This document shows, piece after piece, positions 13,670 to 28,700 of a DNA stretch of 64,000 nucleotides. Origin of the DNA: Tubulanus polymorphus (Eukaryota; Animalia; Nemertea). The DNA is taken from the NCBI RefSeq assembly GCF_964204645.1, contig NC_134033.1, forward strand, positions 12,780,655 through 12,844,654, given 5' to 3'. Both the position numbers and the translations under genes were made by a program. The notes under the pieces were generated by a model. The model worked only from the letters and a program-made list of their open reading frames with translations, was not told the origin of the DNA and did not search any database. Position 1 is the first letter of the stretch. Every line of letters begins with the position of its first letter.

Positions 13670-15239
13670 ATATAGATAGTTTCTTGCTCAAGAAACAAAT
13701 CGCTGCCGAATTCCACGGAGACCCGATGGACCGCTGGACGGAGATTCAATGGACCGCTGGACGGAGATTCGATGGACCGCTGGATGGACAAGAAAAGGCA
13801 TAACGATATCTTTGAATTAGCGAGCGTCGTCATAAATCTTCGCGCAAAAGAGACACTTCACTTAAACCGATGTCGACGAACTACTTGTACGTAATGTCCC
13901 CAATGAAAAGTATGAATCGACGAAGGAAGGTCGAACTAAAATAGAACATCGGGGAAATACCACAATATCAAAAGTAAAATTTGAAAAACGTTTTATAATT
14001 CATGTTACCAACAATGATATGCTCCACATTTCTATAAAAAGTATTTTCCACCACGAATCGATACCGTGATATTCGACTTTTTAAAATGAATAAATGGAGA
14101 TCTCAAAACTTCTACGAATGAGTCATGAGCGTCTGGGCGTTTCTAGAAAATGACTCCTATAATCCGCAGACGCATTTCCAGGAACAGAAAGACAGTTACA
14201 TCGGAAATAATTTTCTAGATGAAACGAGTTGTCATTCTTCTCACAGTTTACATGAATTCAAAATTTCCAAGTATTATTTCATGAGTGATTTTTCAATTTT
14301 CCCAAAAGGAATGGGGCACAAAAAGTCAACACAAGCAGGGACGTGAACATTTCATTTTCAAGAAAGTTGACCTTATTTGGGCAAGCAATTGACATCTCAG
14401 AACTACGTATACTTTAAAAATGGAGTGTAAAATGAGATCCCAAATATTTCGCATGAGAGGAAAATTCCAATCATTTCCATTTCAGAAGTTTTGAAATCTC
14501 CTAATTTTCCTGGTTTCCCGGCACTGGGAACGATAATTTGAAAGGCAATTGTTTTTTTTGTTCAATATCCTTAAATTGAAGTTCAAGTTGAACTTGCAAT
14601 TTTCTACACTATAGAAAATTGGCACGAAATGATTTGACGTGGTAATATCGTAGAGAAAGGAATGGTTTATACGTTAAAGTTTAATTCGGTAAAAACCACA
14701 ATTCTTTAAGTAAGAATGTACCGTAAAACACTTCGAGCTAGATAATCAATATTGACTCCTGAAAAAAAAAAATCTTACCTCCTCACCACCCGGCTTCACT
14801 TGTGCTCAGATAATGAAGTTAGTTCTGAGAATATGGACAATAAGATGTCGTCTGGTTTGACGCTTTACACGGAGAATGCGAGTGTGTGGGTAGATCTTTC
14901 TTTTCATAAGTCTATTAAGAGAAACAGGGAAAGCCCAATTTCCCAACATAGACTCATGAACTTTCAGCCGTTTTTATAAGGATCCTGCAATACACAATAA
15001 TACGTGTACGACACATATGTTTAACCGACAAATGATCCTTATCAACATAAAATACATGTATATTCATATAACATTATTGTTCATTTTATGATCCATCGAC
15101 AATATGATTTCTGACATGTGTTCCTAGAATTCACTTCTGTGTACGAGGTGGCTCGATAACGATTGAAGAAGTACCGGGCGATAAAAAAGAAATTACTAAT
15201 ATAACAAATGATAAACGAGCAAAAAATTAAAAAATAATG

Positions 15240-15321
15240 TGGCAGCGGTGGGATTCGAACCCACGCCCATTGCTGGACCGGTGCCTTAAACCGGCGCCTT
15301 AGACCGCTCGGCCACGCTACC
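15240..15321 (-). tRNA. tRNA-Leu(AAG)
   Basis: GGTAGCGTGGCCGAGCGGTCTAAGGCGCCGGTTTAAGGCACCGGTCCAGCAATGGGCGTGGGTTCGAATCCCACCGCTGCCA; anticodon stem CCGGT/ACCGG with loop TT-AAG-GC, long variable arm, T-run downstream. Confidence 0.95.
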
Positions 15322-15712
15322 AACTGATGTATAATCGTGCTCTGCATTGAATATATAATCTATGCTACGAAACTGCTTAGCGCCAGCAGGTGCGCGCTAG
15401 CGTTGAGTCAAACGATTTTGAACGAAGTCATAGAGGGATATTTTATTTTTGGTAGATTTCAAAATAATAGAATCCCCCGGTAATACTGTTGACAGCTATT
15501 TTTTTCGGACAGGCACATGATCATTCGTTCAGGAATATGTCAATGAACCATAATTGAATATATTATTAATATTGGCCGCGATTGATTGTCGGGGTTTATT
15601 TTGATCAATGAAAATGACGATAAAACTTAACTTTTCCGCAATTGAATATAGGTACAGGTATTTGAGGCACCGGAAAAATAATAAGAAATTCGAAAATGGC
15701 ACAAAATTTCTG

Positions 15713-15794
15713 TGGCAGCGGTGGGATTCGAACCCACGCCCATTGCTGGACCGGTGCCTTAAACCGGCGCCTTAGACCGCTCGGCCACGCTACC
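15713..15794 (-). tRNA. tRNA-Leu(AAG), identical second copy
   Basis: 82-nt sequence identical to 15240-15321, with different flanks. Confidence 0.95.
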
Positions 15795-16209
15795 TGTTGA
15801 AGCCACCTTGCCGAATAACGCATTATCGAAAGCAAGGGGAGGAGGATTCGCTAGAATTCGTGTTAGAATCAGTATGTTCTATTTTTTCTCGTTGGATATT
15901 TTTGCAACACACTACAACTAGATCTGATTCGACTAGCTTTATGGATGAGGAATTTCCCTTGGTCTCCGTAATCGACAAGAAAATAAAATTTTCAAATATT
16001 AAAATTCGCTTTATTCAAAAACCCGGGTCAAAAATATAATTAAGTAATCATATCATACAAAATAAAAACATGTAAATAAATCAAATCGCTACAAAACGCC
16101 ATCTATTGTCAGTTATCATTTGATAATACATGTAATTCGGACGGGTTGGGATGGACAGGATTCTTCCACTTGTGAGAAATTAGATAAAGACGGACCTTAA
16201 AATAATATC

Positions 16210-16323
16210 CAGGGTCCAGTTCCACAGTTGTGAGTTAAGATTTAACTCTGAGTTAACTCATTGAAAATGAACTAACTTTAACTCAGAGTTAACACCAACT
16301 CACAACTGTGGAACTGGGCCCTG
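16210..16323. mobile_element. MITE family A (~108 bp, palindromic, PIF/Harbinger-like)
   Basis: TIR GGTCCAGTTCCACAGTTGTGAGTT...AACTCACAACTGTGGAACTGGGCC between CAG/CTG. Further copies at about 35602-35715, 41253-41361, 43623-43932 and 59368-59475. Confidence 0.8.
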
Positions 16324-16380
16324 ATTAGATCAAGCTCCGGATTAAACAGATCTGGATTCAGCGGGTTAAACAGCACATGT

Positions 16381-18497
16381 CTAATAAAGTTCTAATTTCG
16401 TTAAAGTGCTGCCAATGTTTTTGTCGTTAAGCGGTAAATTCGAGAAATGATTTCTCAAATGTTCCAATCCGCGTCGATCGGTCGAATGTGACTGACGTTC
16501 ACGTTCTAACGAATCGGTCAACTCGCCGATTCGATTCGTTAAATCGGCAATTTCGATTCCGTGCGCGATCGTCAACGCGTCGATTTTCAAACGCGATTCG
16601 CGAGCCGCGTCTTCGCCTTTTTCGCGCGCCTCCAACGCGAGACGACGTTTCTCCTGGCGCTCACGTTCGAGATCTAGTCGGAGCGTCTGCGCGTGTTCGC
16701 GTGCGTCGACTCGTTCAAGTCGCAGCGCGTGGATTTCCGCCGTCAATCGTCCGATCTTCGCCCGACACTCGTCCGTTTCCGATTTCATCGTCGCGACCGC
16801 GATTTGGAATCGACGGTTGGCGGCGTCTGCCTTGCGTAGCGCGGCCGTTCGCGTCTCCAGCGTATCGCATTCGCGTTTATACCGAGATCGAAGCGACGCG
16901 ATATCTCGTGTTTGAGATTCGACGGTCGCTTTCAATTTGCGGTTTTCGTCGCGCGTTCGTTTGAACACTTCGCGCAGCACGCTGATCTCCTGAGAATCCC
17001 ACAACTCATCGCTGTCAATGTCAACTGTTGTTGTCGGCCCTTTTTCTTCCGTTTTTCTCAACGGTTCAAATTCAGCACCTTCAAGTAAAGAGAAAACAAT
17101 TAAAATCTTTTTTTTCATTTATATTGGGTTACAATTGTGAGCCTGGCAAGGTCTCTATAGATCAGACATTCCTGGATGTAAGGAGTACATAATTTTAGTG
17201 AATATCTGCATCGCTTTTTCATCCTTATTGGGCCTACTGTACTAGACTCCTCTTAAATCGGTACTGTTTCTCGGTAAACCATTAATTCTGCGGTTTTTGT
17301 AAGTAAATTTCTAACCCTTACACTACCTAAACTCGGTTTCTAATTTGGAAACCACCTAATTGGCTAAAGAGAAAGTCCTGGTTCCAGTATCAATTCTACT
17401 GTATTCGATTTAGGCATAGTTTACTGCACAACTGCAAACATTTCTAGTTGCCTAATTTCTCAAAATTGAGGGACTATTAAAGGAGTTTTGGGCAAGTTAA
17501 CAAAGTATTTTCAGTTTAGAAGGAGTTTTTTAAGAATGAAAGAGCTGTAGGGAATTTGTTTCAAGCTTAAACCACAAAATGTGACACAACTTGAATGGAT
17601 TCAGGCGCCATCGGAAATAAACAACTGAAGATATTTCATACCATCTTCAATGAGTTTTTCTTGCTGTTGCTCAAGGAGTTTTTTCTGCTCCTGCTCGAGT
17701 TGTAGCGTGTAGAAAACTCGCTGGTAAACGTTTTTGATCTCTTGCGGGTCGACGACCTTCACCGGACGAGAGCCTCTCTTCAACAGATCATCGCGTTTTC
17801 TCGTTTCGTCGCTTCCGCCTGGAAAAAAAAGCAAAAGATAATACACATAAGGCAGGCAATTAATGCAAGGCCAACACACAGAGAAACCTTACACAAGATT
17901 TTTGCACAAACCACATTGGTATAAGCAAATCCGATTACAGAAGCTAACCACCAAAGATTAGATAACTAACTATATAGTGTAGCCTGACCCGTTAATGTCT
18001 ATTTCAACTTGACTTGAGAGCACATCGACCAAGTTGAGGCGATAGTAGGCCTACCTGTACCTGCACCTGTATTGTCCAAGTACAATAAGGATGACCGCCT
18101 ACACCTGGCTTAAGCCTGTCGTCACCTACTGTCTGTCACACCTACTCTCCGTGCGACGTTGTAACTGTAACCTGTCTGTGGTTTAGTTTCACGATCGCAT
18201 ATTTCCACAAACCACAGAAAGCCCACAGTATAAGCCCATCCGATTATAAAAAGCTTACCACCAACGATTATAAGCCCATCCGATTAAAAAAAGCTTATCA
18301 CCAACGATTAGGTAACTAACTAGACCTAGTCGTCACCTGTACCTACCTTCTTTTTCTTCAAGCGTCTCCTCAAGTTTGTTATCGTTTTCTGCGTATGAAA
18401 ATGTGGGTGGAAATAATTCTTCTACCCAATGTCGTTTATGAGTTGAAGCTGTTGGTTCTTCTCCTTCGATTTTCTCTGTGATTTGTTCTCGCATCAT
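16381..18497 (-). CDS. CCDC160: coiled-coil domain-containing protein 160
   Basis: Exons 18347-18497, 17642-17818, 16381-17078 (phase 1 junctions). N-terminal KRHWVEELFPPTFS and C-terminal ERERQSHSTDRRGLEHLRNHFS resemble my recollection of CCDC160 conserved blocks; long heptad coiled coil. Confidence 0.7.
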
Positions 18498-19181
18498 GAT
18501 GATACAATCGTTGAATTGAGGCAGTGCACTGACATTCTAAATAAACACAATAAATGCTATTTTATTGAATTGGATTTGTATTTCCCGGTACTGGTAATTC
18601 ACGGTTATGGCCTCAAATATGGAACCCTTTATAAATGCTTTAATTTGTAAAATAAGGAACATTACATACAAAACACAATAACTTTCAAGTAAAAAGCAGG
18701 TTTTTGAAATATGAAATAACGAACGAATGGAAAATTGTTGATATCTTTTTTTTTTGATTGAAATTGTGTTCTCCCTAATTCACGGTTATAGACTGAATTA
18801 AGGATTTTATTTTATTCGATTTTTGGTTCTTTTTAGCGAATATCTCTCGGAAAAAATTGCTTGATATCCGCAAAACTCAGGATAAATCATATGCAATAAG
18901 CCTTTTTTGATATGATATTCGCGATGAAAAAATCCAGCGGTTTTTAAGTCGAAAAACTGCTGTAGAAAGCTGAAAAATTCATCATCAAATCATACTATTT
19001 ATCGAACGAAACTGACTACGACCGTTATGTAAGTGCATTGCGGCCGCTTTACTTCTTTAATGGTCAAAATGTATATTCGCTAATTCTAGGCTGTTTGAAA
19101 TTCGTGCTTCTATTTATGGCACTTGAAACCAAAATGTTTTTTCAATAATTTCAGATTTTGAAGAAGTCGTGTGGAAAAATT

Positions 19182-22100
19182 ATGAAATTACTTAGCTCGA
19201 GAAGTCTTCTTTCAAGTAGCGGTAGAAGGTGTGCCGGCTGGTTTTTATCCGGACGACCCACTTTTAATGCCAGGCCTTTAGATGTGAAGAATAATTCGAC
19301 TTCTGATGCGGTCCGGAATACGGATGATGTTACGTTCACAAAGCCCTCAAAATCGTGTTTCGTCACAACGCCGATATTTTACGTGAATGCTGGTGAGAGT
19401 TATTTCATGAGTGTGAGACCTATTCTTTAGAAATTAAAATGATTTCCCTGTGATTCAGTAAAATTATTGTTAGTTACTATAATGACTGTCATTCCAATAA
19501 CTTCAAAAATTCAGCAAAACTATAATTAATTACTAATGACGACCTTTCCATTGTCAGTTCAGTAAAATCATGATTAGTAACTTACCTTCTCATAATCAAT
19601 GATTCCGAAATTTCAGTAGTTACTAATGACGACCATCTCAGGGACTTCAACAATTCAGTAAAATTATGATTAGTTACGTAATGACATATTCAAAAACAAG
19701 GACATTTTCATTGAAGACAGAGAAGGTTTTTGAAGTTTTTGAAGGCAGCGTTGGAAACCTTCTTTGTAAATAATGTTTTGTCATTTTGTAGCACCACACA
19801 TCGGACACCTGTACACAACGATCATAGCCGATGCGATCTCTAGATGGAATAAGTTGATCGGTCGAAAAAACAGTTATTTTACGACTGGTACTGATGAACA
19901 CGGGCTCAAGGTGAGAGGATTACATTTACACCTTCTTAACAAAGAAATGAAAGCAAAAAAGTTTATGCAGAAAAAAAAGTCTTCGAAATACGAAGTAATA
20001 AATGCGCAGATAATTAAAGATGAATTCAAGAGCAAACGCACAACATTTTGCAAGGTGGGACAATGTCGCGGTTCTGAGTTTAGTTCAAAGTATTTGATTT
20101 CAGGTTCAGCAGGCGGCTGAAAAAAACAAGATGTCCCCGATTCATTATTGCGATAAGATATCTTCTTCATACAAGGTGAGTGAGAAACTGATAGCAGGAC
20201 TGACTTCTCAAATGTTTTAGGCAATGTCTGTAAAACTGTACTGTCGTTTGTTTGTTTGAATTTGTTGTAGAGGTTGTTTGAGTTAATGGCAATCGATTAC
20301 AATGACTTTATCCGGACGAGTGAACCGCGCCATAAAGAAGCTGTCGCACACTTCTGGGTAAGAGGACGATATCAAGAGGCAGTTATCAGATACAGTCAAA
20401 TTTCCTGTTTATGCGTCTAATGTTCTCAGTGATGCTTTGTGTTATTCAGAATGAGTTAAACGAGAGAGGTCACATCTATAAAGGCGAGTATAAAGGCTGG
20501 TACAGCGTCGCTGATGAAATGTTCTACACCGATGAACAAATTGAAAGCGTTACTGGTGAAAATGGCGAATCGGTGAAGGTATGTATGCTTTAAGTAGAAT
20601 TATGAATCTGGAATCACCCCTCAGTTTGGCACATAATCTCAGGTTTCTAACCTTTTCTAATCTTTTCTTGAAAAGTCAAGTAATTTGATTTTTGGTGTCT
20701 TCTTTTTCTTGCGGTTGATGAGTGGCTTGAGGAACCTGTTGAGAAGAAACATGTGTTATAATCAATTCAGGGAATTTTCGGTCAAGGTTCAGGGAAATCA
20801 GGGGATTGAAAACTTCAAAGCAATGATATCGAATTTTGAAAGTTTGCTGATAAAGAGTCTAATGTCTGGTGTTTGTAGTTCTGACTATGCACTGACTGTC
20901 TGAGGGGTTTGCAGGCTACCGATCCATGTAAAACATGCTTTCCGGTCATGTCTGCTAACATAATTATGCTTGATACTACTTAGGTTGCTAAGGAAACTGG
21001 TCACATTGTTGAATGGACGGTAGAAGATAATTACATGTTCCGTCTGACGAGTTTCAAGACGCAACTCCTTAACTGGCTCGAGAAAAAAGGTACGACACAT
21101 TTTATACTTACTTTTTAGTAATTCTCACCCTTTTCAGGGTGGCCACTGACCGGGCAAACCTGGAAAACTCAGGGAATCGGAAAAATCGGGAATTTGACAT
21201 ATTTTGCAAAAATCCCTGGAGAACTCAGGGAATTGGGATATTAAATGCTATTGTCCATTATCATTACGTGATTCAATGTAAAAAGAATGAGTTTCAATAT
21301 TTTAAACCTAGAAATTTCTCCGATTGACTCTGAGGGAATTTTGTGTAATCTAATCACATGGAAAAACTTAAAAGAATTTGTAAACGGGTGGAAAGTGGCG
21401 CCAACCTGTTATGGTGCGGTTGTTTTATTCAAGGAGTGCCCTTTAGACCCCACCTGTCAATTCGTTTTCATAGAATTCCCCGTAAATCATGAATCTATTT
21501 ATTTGCGCGCAGTTATTCAACCGGAAAACTTCGAAGTCCTCGTGCGAAAATGGGTCGAGGAAGATTTGCAAGATTTGTCGATTTCCCGTCAGAGTAGCAG
21601 ATTACACTGGTCGATCGGCGTCCCGGGTGATACAACTCAGTCGGTATGTATGAGAGAGTCGATACCATATCATCAAATTACTCGGGAAATCCGCGAAAAT
21701 GCAAAATTAGAAGTAGCAATGGTCTACATTTGATTGAAAACAGTGACCACCATCCCTGGTGATAACTAGAATTTTGAAGTTTATCCCTATACTCTGTTAG
21801 GCATATAATTACATGCTTGTCAGTCCCAAGTGAAGGATTCTACATTAAATTTCTATCAGATATAACAGTGATATTTTCAAAAAGGACAATTCCAAAATTT
21901 CTGTTGTAAGTTATTGCTATTGTACAGCCCTGTATTGTCCGAGTTACTAATTTTGTGTTTATTTCAGATCTACGTTTGGTTGGACGCGTTGGTGAACTAT
22001 CTAACAGTCGCCGGCTACCCGAATAAAGATATCTCGCATCTATGGCCGGCTGATTGTCAAATTGTCGGCAAGGACATTTTAAAGTGAGTTTTCCGCAGAA

Positions 22101-24208
22101 AATGTTTGAAATTGTTAAATCCCCATCATAGTTCCGACTGTCACAGAATTTGCTTACTTAGTGACATTTTTCATTTTATCATTGAGCATAGCTGCCAATG
22201 GTTCCTGATTTTCAGTATTCGCTGCTCTTTTATTGCAGATTCCATGCTGTTTATTGGCCGGCTTTTTTGATGGCGGCCGGTCTTGAACCTCCCAGGTCAA
22301 TATTGTGTCATTCACATTGGATGGTCGAAAATAAGAAGGTATGTGGCAGAACTGGAACTTTGCGATATCTTGTATTTAGCAGTGAAGTTTTTTACCTATT
22401 AACTTTAACCGATATTGAAGCGTTCAATTCTACTATAATATCTGGATTCAGATGTCGAAGAGTATTGGAAACGTTGTGGATCCGTTCGATAGAATTCGTG
22501 TCTATACAGCAGACGGATTGAGATATTATCTGTTACGCACCGGTGTTCCCCATAGCGATGGAAGTACGTATTAAATTACATTAGAATGAAAATACAAGAA
22601 TAGAAAATGATTTCAGTTAAAATCAGGATTCAGGCGCAGATCAACTTCAACATTAGAATGTGACAAGAAAAGAATGATTTTAGTTAAAATCAGGCTGCAG
22701 ATCAACTTCAATGTTAGAATGTGACAAGAAAAGAATGATTTTAGTTAAAATCAGGCTGCAGATCAACTTCAATGTTAGAATGTGACAAGAAAAGAATGAT
22801 TTCAATTAAAATCAGGATTCAGGGGCAGATCAACTTCAACATTAGAATGTGACGAGAAAAGAATGATTTCAGTTAAAATCAGGCTGCAGATCAACTTTGA
22901 CAGATTAGCGTGCATTGATTGATTCTTCATTATTTTTCAGATTACAGCGATAAGAAAGTTGTTGAATGTCTGAACAGTGAACTGTGTAATACTCTCGGTA
23001 ACCTGATAAACCGCGCTACAGCCAATGCTTTGAATCCGGAACAGATCTTCCCGCAGTTCGACGAAGCCGTATTCGTCGCGAGATCGACTCCTCAAGATTC
23101 TAAACTACTGTCCGGTCTAATTGATTTACCTCGTAAGTTACTTAATATTTCAATGTGTCAGGGATTCCACCAGCAGTCACCTCAAACCACCTGTCAGACA
23201 TTCACCATTTTTAGAGTGAAGTCTTGACAGTTAGTTTTTGAAAAAATGCTGATAGAATCTCCAACATCTTGTGTTGCCTGGTGGTTCAGAAGTTCTGGAC
23301 TAGAGGTGAACAGTTGATGCCTAAAAATTTGAAACGAGGGCGGGTTGAGGCTGTCTAGTGTCTGTAAGTGTACATAAGTGTACATTAGGCTTCACTCAAA
23401 TCAAATCCAATCAACTTTGTGGCCTATCTGATAAATTTCTAACGCCATGAACTAAACAACTCGGTATTGCTCTGAGGTGAAATGAATTTCGTTTGAAAAG
23501 ATCTGATTTGAGCGGAGTTAAACACATTAGCTGCGAACTACGAGATATCTCGTTCCAGTTCATCATCATTGCCGCTTGTACTTTGGCACATGGGATAGAC
23601 ACAGGTTCTGATTGGCTGACGATGTGATAATGAACTCTACTTCATCCCGAATATTCATCGGTCGATTTTGAACTGCGTCCGAGTCCGCGGTCTTCGCTCA
23701 TTCTCATCCTTAGAATATTCTCGTTTCAGATGAAGTCGCCGACCAGTTTGCCGAACGTCACGTTTACAAAGCAATCGACGCGATCATGTCTCAGCTTCAC
23801 GCGACGAACGCTTTCATACAATACAGCGAACCGTGGACGTTGTACAAACAACCGGACGACGCGGACAATTTAAAACAAATCGATAACATCGTTCACGTCG
23901 TGTTGGAGAATCTACGCGTCTGCTCGATTTTACTGCAGCCGGTCGTACCGCGTCTGGCCGAAACGTTACTCGACCGACTGGGAATCGCGAGCGACGAACG
24001 CAGTTTCGAATTCGCGCTGGCCCGGGACGATAAACGACGCGCGACGGTCAATATCAACTTTTCTTGCAGCGGTACAAACGCGCCGGCGGTCGAGACTATA
24101 AGCGATCTAGTCACGCGGACTTGCGGTCGGTACAGCGGTCGTGATCTCGGACTCGATACGGGACTTTTGTTTCAACGGATTAAAACTTCTGCCGATCAAA
24201 TTAGGTGA
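19182..24208 (+). CDS. MARS2: methionine--tRNA ligase, mitochondrial
   Basis: About 12 exons. Motifs: [79 protein letters not shown]. Basic Ser-rich mitochondrial presequence; no C-terminal EMAPII domain. Confidence 0.95.
22590..22900. repeat. intronic tandem repeat, ~58-65-bp unit
   Basis: Repeated TTAGAATGTGACAAGAAAAGAATGATTTTAGTTAAAATCAGGCTGCAGATCAACTTCAA, about 5 copies. Confidence 0.85.
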
Positions 24209-25044
24209 TGATTTTTTCATCGGGTAGGGACGATTAATTTTAGATTTTTTTGTCAAGTTGTTTTAGTTTTGAATACATTTTTGAAAGTGAAACTGAATTT
24301 TTAAGTAGACTCATCCGGATTTCTTGGATCTTTATGCCCACTCCTCTATCGCCATAGGAAGATTAATCATCAACTGTCGCAGTCGCTTTCCCTCGTACAT
24401 TTCAACTTGGTTGCAGCACCTTACAGTCCCCTAGAAGTACCATGATAAATTGGGTTCGAACCTTAGAACCATGCATCCTATGTTCACCAAGATGGATGGT
24501 TGAATCTGCAATCTAGTCTCATTCAGTCAAAAACAAACAGAACATACTCAGAATTTAAATTCTTCAAAAAAGATTTATTGACTTAAAAGATATGATACAT
24601 TTTTCTTCTTAAGAACCAATTATAAAGATGTCAAAAATACAATACAGTTAATATTGGCTTTTACTGATGAAAAATCCTTGAATATAACCTAATAGTATAA
24701 TATTGTTATAATATATAATATATATAATAATATTAGTTGTTTTACTACAGAGAAAGGCACTTCTGCCTCTCATAATTCATGGAATGGCTCAAATATCTTT
24801 ACAATCATCAAGTTAGTACTCTCATTTCAGAAAAAATATCAGCAGTATCGATTAAACGATGAACAATAACATTGCATAGTAGGAGAAACTACAGTAAACC
24901 TTGCTCATTAAGACATGTTTTTGATATAGATGAGCTTGAAACTCAAACTTATCACACAATCTAATCTCTCTTCAAAAATTCTTAAATCTTAATCAGTTAA
25001 GGTTAGGTTTACTGCAATAAATAATACTAACAAATATAAATTAA

Positions 25045-25282
25045 CCCTTTCAGTGCAGACTGATTAATACCCGAAAGTGCTGGAGATAATTGGAAAATTT
25101 TTGAAAAAAGTGCATTAAATAACGGGCATGTGCTGTATCTTTAGTTGCTGATATTTATCTTTGTTTGACAGATCTCTGCCATCTTTCAATCGAGATAAAA
25201 TCTAATTACCAATGACATCGATACATCGCGATGCGGTGTACTAGCGAAGCCCATCACCGAATTATGCACCGCACTGAAAGGG
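25045..25282. mobile_element. piggyBac-like MITE (family C)
   Basis: TTAA|CCCTTTCAGTGC...GCACTGAAAGGG|TTAA; internal sequence shared with the copies at 38942-39222 and 62189-62467. Confidence 0.85.
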
Positions 25283-25784
25283 TTAAAAATCTCATGATTT
25301 TCATTAGTTACGATTCGGCAAAAAAATTGCACCGCTCTGCTATCAACAGATAGTGGCCGTGTCTCCCGGCCGTGTCTTCATCACCAAGCTTTAGTTCACG
25401 GACTAGGCTTCCCTGAAATGTTGATGAAAACTCAATTCACAAAACAAAATAAGCATCGAATACAGAAACCGGGAGCAGATCCAGGAGGACTTGTGAATCC
25501 ATCAAATTTGCACTTTTCCATTTTGTCAACAAAGATAAATGGTGAATCAGTGCTATAGAGCAACTAATATTGCCTTTTTGGACAGCAAACAAACTATTCT
25601 TTTGGGATGTGGCAAGTCCTTCAAAACTGGCCTCTGGATCTGCCCCTGGAAACCACCTAATATGTTAATCAATTACTGTGATTTCCACTTAATTTTAATC
25701 TGGTGCCAGTTTTTTTCAAATTTGCTCTTGCAAAATACACAAGACGAAGGAGTTATTAAAAATAGTAACGAATGTATCTAAACC

Positions 25785-28700
25785 TTACTGTAACCACTGA
25801 TGAATTAGATTCACTTCACGTTTTCTGACGTTGATTAATGCCGGTAAATCGTTGGAGCTGTCCGGATACATGTTCGCGCAATGTGCCGTACCTGTTAATG
25901 AAAACACAAACAAATTACATCTTTTGAAACACAGTTAAACTGCTCCCAATACTCGGGTCAAATCAATCGCTTGTGCCAGAAATCCTTTCCGTTTGGGACT
26001 GCAGAAAACTGCTGGAACTCAGAAAGGATGAAGTGAATAAATTGCTCAAGTCTTGGTCAAGTCAATTAATGAATTTTCTGTTTACAGTGCCTGGTAGGCT
26101 GCTCCCAACCAATGGCAGTAATCCATTTGTATTGGTAAGAATTTTCTTTTCAGTCGGTGCAGAACGATTTTGGCGGTATAGGGAGTTTATATGGCGGTAT
26201 ATCGGGGGTGTTTTACTATGTATTTGTATAGAGATGTTCATCGAGTAAACCTGGCGGTATATGGGAGGGCGGTAGGCTATATGGGAGGGTGGTCGTTCGG
26301 GGTTTGACTGGAATTCTAGGTTTGTTATAACCGATAAATCGTTACAACAAGGTTCAGCCGTATACCGGTATAATCTGAGACTCCAGGAAAAACAGAGTCT
26401 GCTGTATCATAAAATTAGCTAAATATTCTGTCTAGGTACCGTACCCGTAACGTAGGCTGCAGACCGAGATGATTTCGGTACTCCGAGCGCGTGCCATGGA
26501 TCGACGGAACCGTTGTAGAATATGACTTTCGTAACCTTGGTGATATCGTATCCGCCGTAATTTATATTCGTGCGGTGAACGCCGTCTGCGATGAACGTCG
26601 AGTTGAATTTCTCGCCGAAAACATCGACGCATTGCTGTACGAAGAACCTACAACGAATATACAATCAACTCGCAGCAACTCGTGATCTCTCAGACTATGG
26701 ACAATCGTCACGTCATATCAAACTTACTTGAGCGGAAAATTTGGTCCGAACGGCTGATTCGGCAGATCAGAACTCTGAAAGAATCCGAATTCCGTACAAG
26801 TCTGGTAGACCCAAGACCTTCCTGCGAAAAATAAAATGATAAAAGTATTTAAATATATTTCCTTGAAGTCGTAAATGAACCATAATGAAGATGTGACATC
26901 GAAATCAATATCTATTCCGGTTCATCAGTACCTGCGATGTCATCATTCCAATCAGTTGATTTGAGCGATTTTACGAGATCTGCATAAGAATTATCTAAAC
27001 ATTTCTGTTTATCAGCGGCTAATAACAAATTACTGACATCAGCTAAACCTTGAAACTTGTCGCTGGTCGTCATCATCATCTTACAAACCACGTCCACCGT
27101 TATATTAGTACCTAACGCCCCCTAGCGGAAAAGAAACATCATAATTATCAATGTACACGCAATTATTCAAAACCCAGTTTGACAGTTTCAGAGTTTTACT
27201 TTTACACCAAATCTTTAAATCCTAAAGAGAACTTTTGAAAAATATTAATACAATACCAAAAATACCTCTCTGTACCAAAATACATCTTTATACTTTAAAC
27301 CACCCACAAAATGGTCAACTGCCCTTTCCATTACTTTTAGAACTACCCTTGACAAACCCAGGTTACTCAATTTATTGTAATATCTTACCTCAAATGCGCG
27401 ATTGTCTTTATTGTACTGGACAACGTTTTCAATGTTTCCCGCCAGAATCGAGTAGAAATTCCAGACGTCCATTTGCGACGTGATCATTATCGGTTTACAC
27501 GTTCTGAAAGTCAGGAAAATTTCAAATTCGAAAATGATACCGAATCGATATTAATCGTTGCATTTTCAACGAAGACTACTGTTCAAACTTTGCCTAAATT
27601 TTATCGCGAAGCTGAAGCCAGACTTTCGGCCACAAGGAGAAATATACATGGTACCTGGTAGATAACTCACTTGAATGTAGAGGAGACTATTCGGGCTCCT
27701 GTTTGGTGCAATAATAGTTGTTCGATAGTCTGCGTTCCTTTCGCGAATGCACCGCTACAAGTGGGACCGAACGCATCTTGGACTACCGCTAAATAATCTA
27801 AACGAAAAAAAAATAAAACTAGGAATGATTGTTGCAAGAGTGAATGGTGATGAGGTTCAAGGTTGCAGATGCGTATACAGATCAGTCATTACAGGATATA
27901 AGGAGTTTTCAAGGAGAAAATTTCAAATTTCGAGGATTAGGAAGTGTCTGCATCACTTTCATATCCCAATTTACAGTAGACTGCTCCTAAATCGGTATTG
28001 CTTATCCTGGTAAACTAATAATTCAGTGGTTTCATAAGCAATTATCATTCTTTAAATTACTAAACTCAGGTTCTAAATCCTGGTCCCAAATGCATTGAAT
28101 TAGGTGTAGTCTATTGTACAACTACAAACATTTCTAATTGCCTATTTCTAAAAATTGAAGGGGTTTCGGACATTTCGCTCAAATCAAAGGAGTTTCAAGC
28201 ACCTTTAAAAGCATTTTCCGTTTAGGAGTTTTTAAGGAATCAAGGAGTCATACCTAGTAGGGACCCTGATATAAGACAGCAGTTTTTTAAATCAGTCAGT
28301 TTACTGAACAACTCACTTTTAAAGTTCAGCTGAGCGAAGACTGGCGCGCTGGCTGCGACAGCGCCATCTACCAGGTGTGGATATTTCAATCGGAACCACG
28401 CGGCCAGCGATCCCGGGTACGACCCGCCGAACACGATCCATTTACTGTTTTTAAAACCGAGTTTTTCGGCCATCGACGCGCGGAAATTCGCGAGATCCGC
28501 CAACGCTTGCTCGCTGCTTAGATGCTGCAGGTTCTGCGTACTCGCATTACTGCATGAATTCATACAAAACAAGACAGTAAATGAATTACAGTAAACTACT
28601 GATAAACTACCCCTACCTAGGGTTTTTCTAACAACAAAAGATCTGGGTCTGGTTTTATAGACTGGTATTACCTTCAACCCAGGGGCTAACTCAACTCATT

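Noticed and set aside
16488-16964. 158-aa antisense ORF over CCDC160 (likewise 36713-37279 over PNPLA4)
   Set aside because: Shadow ORFs of CG-rich coding exons with no recognisable motifs.
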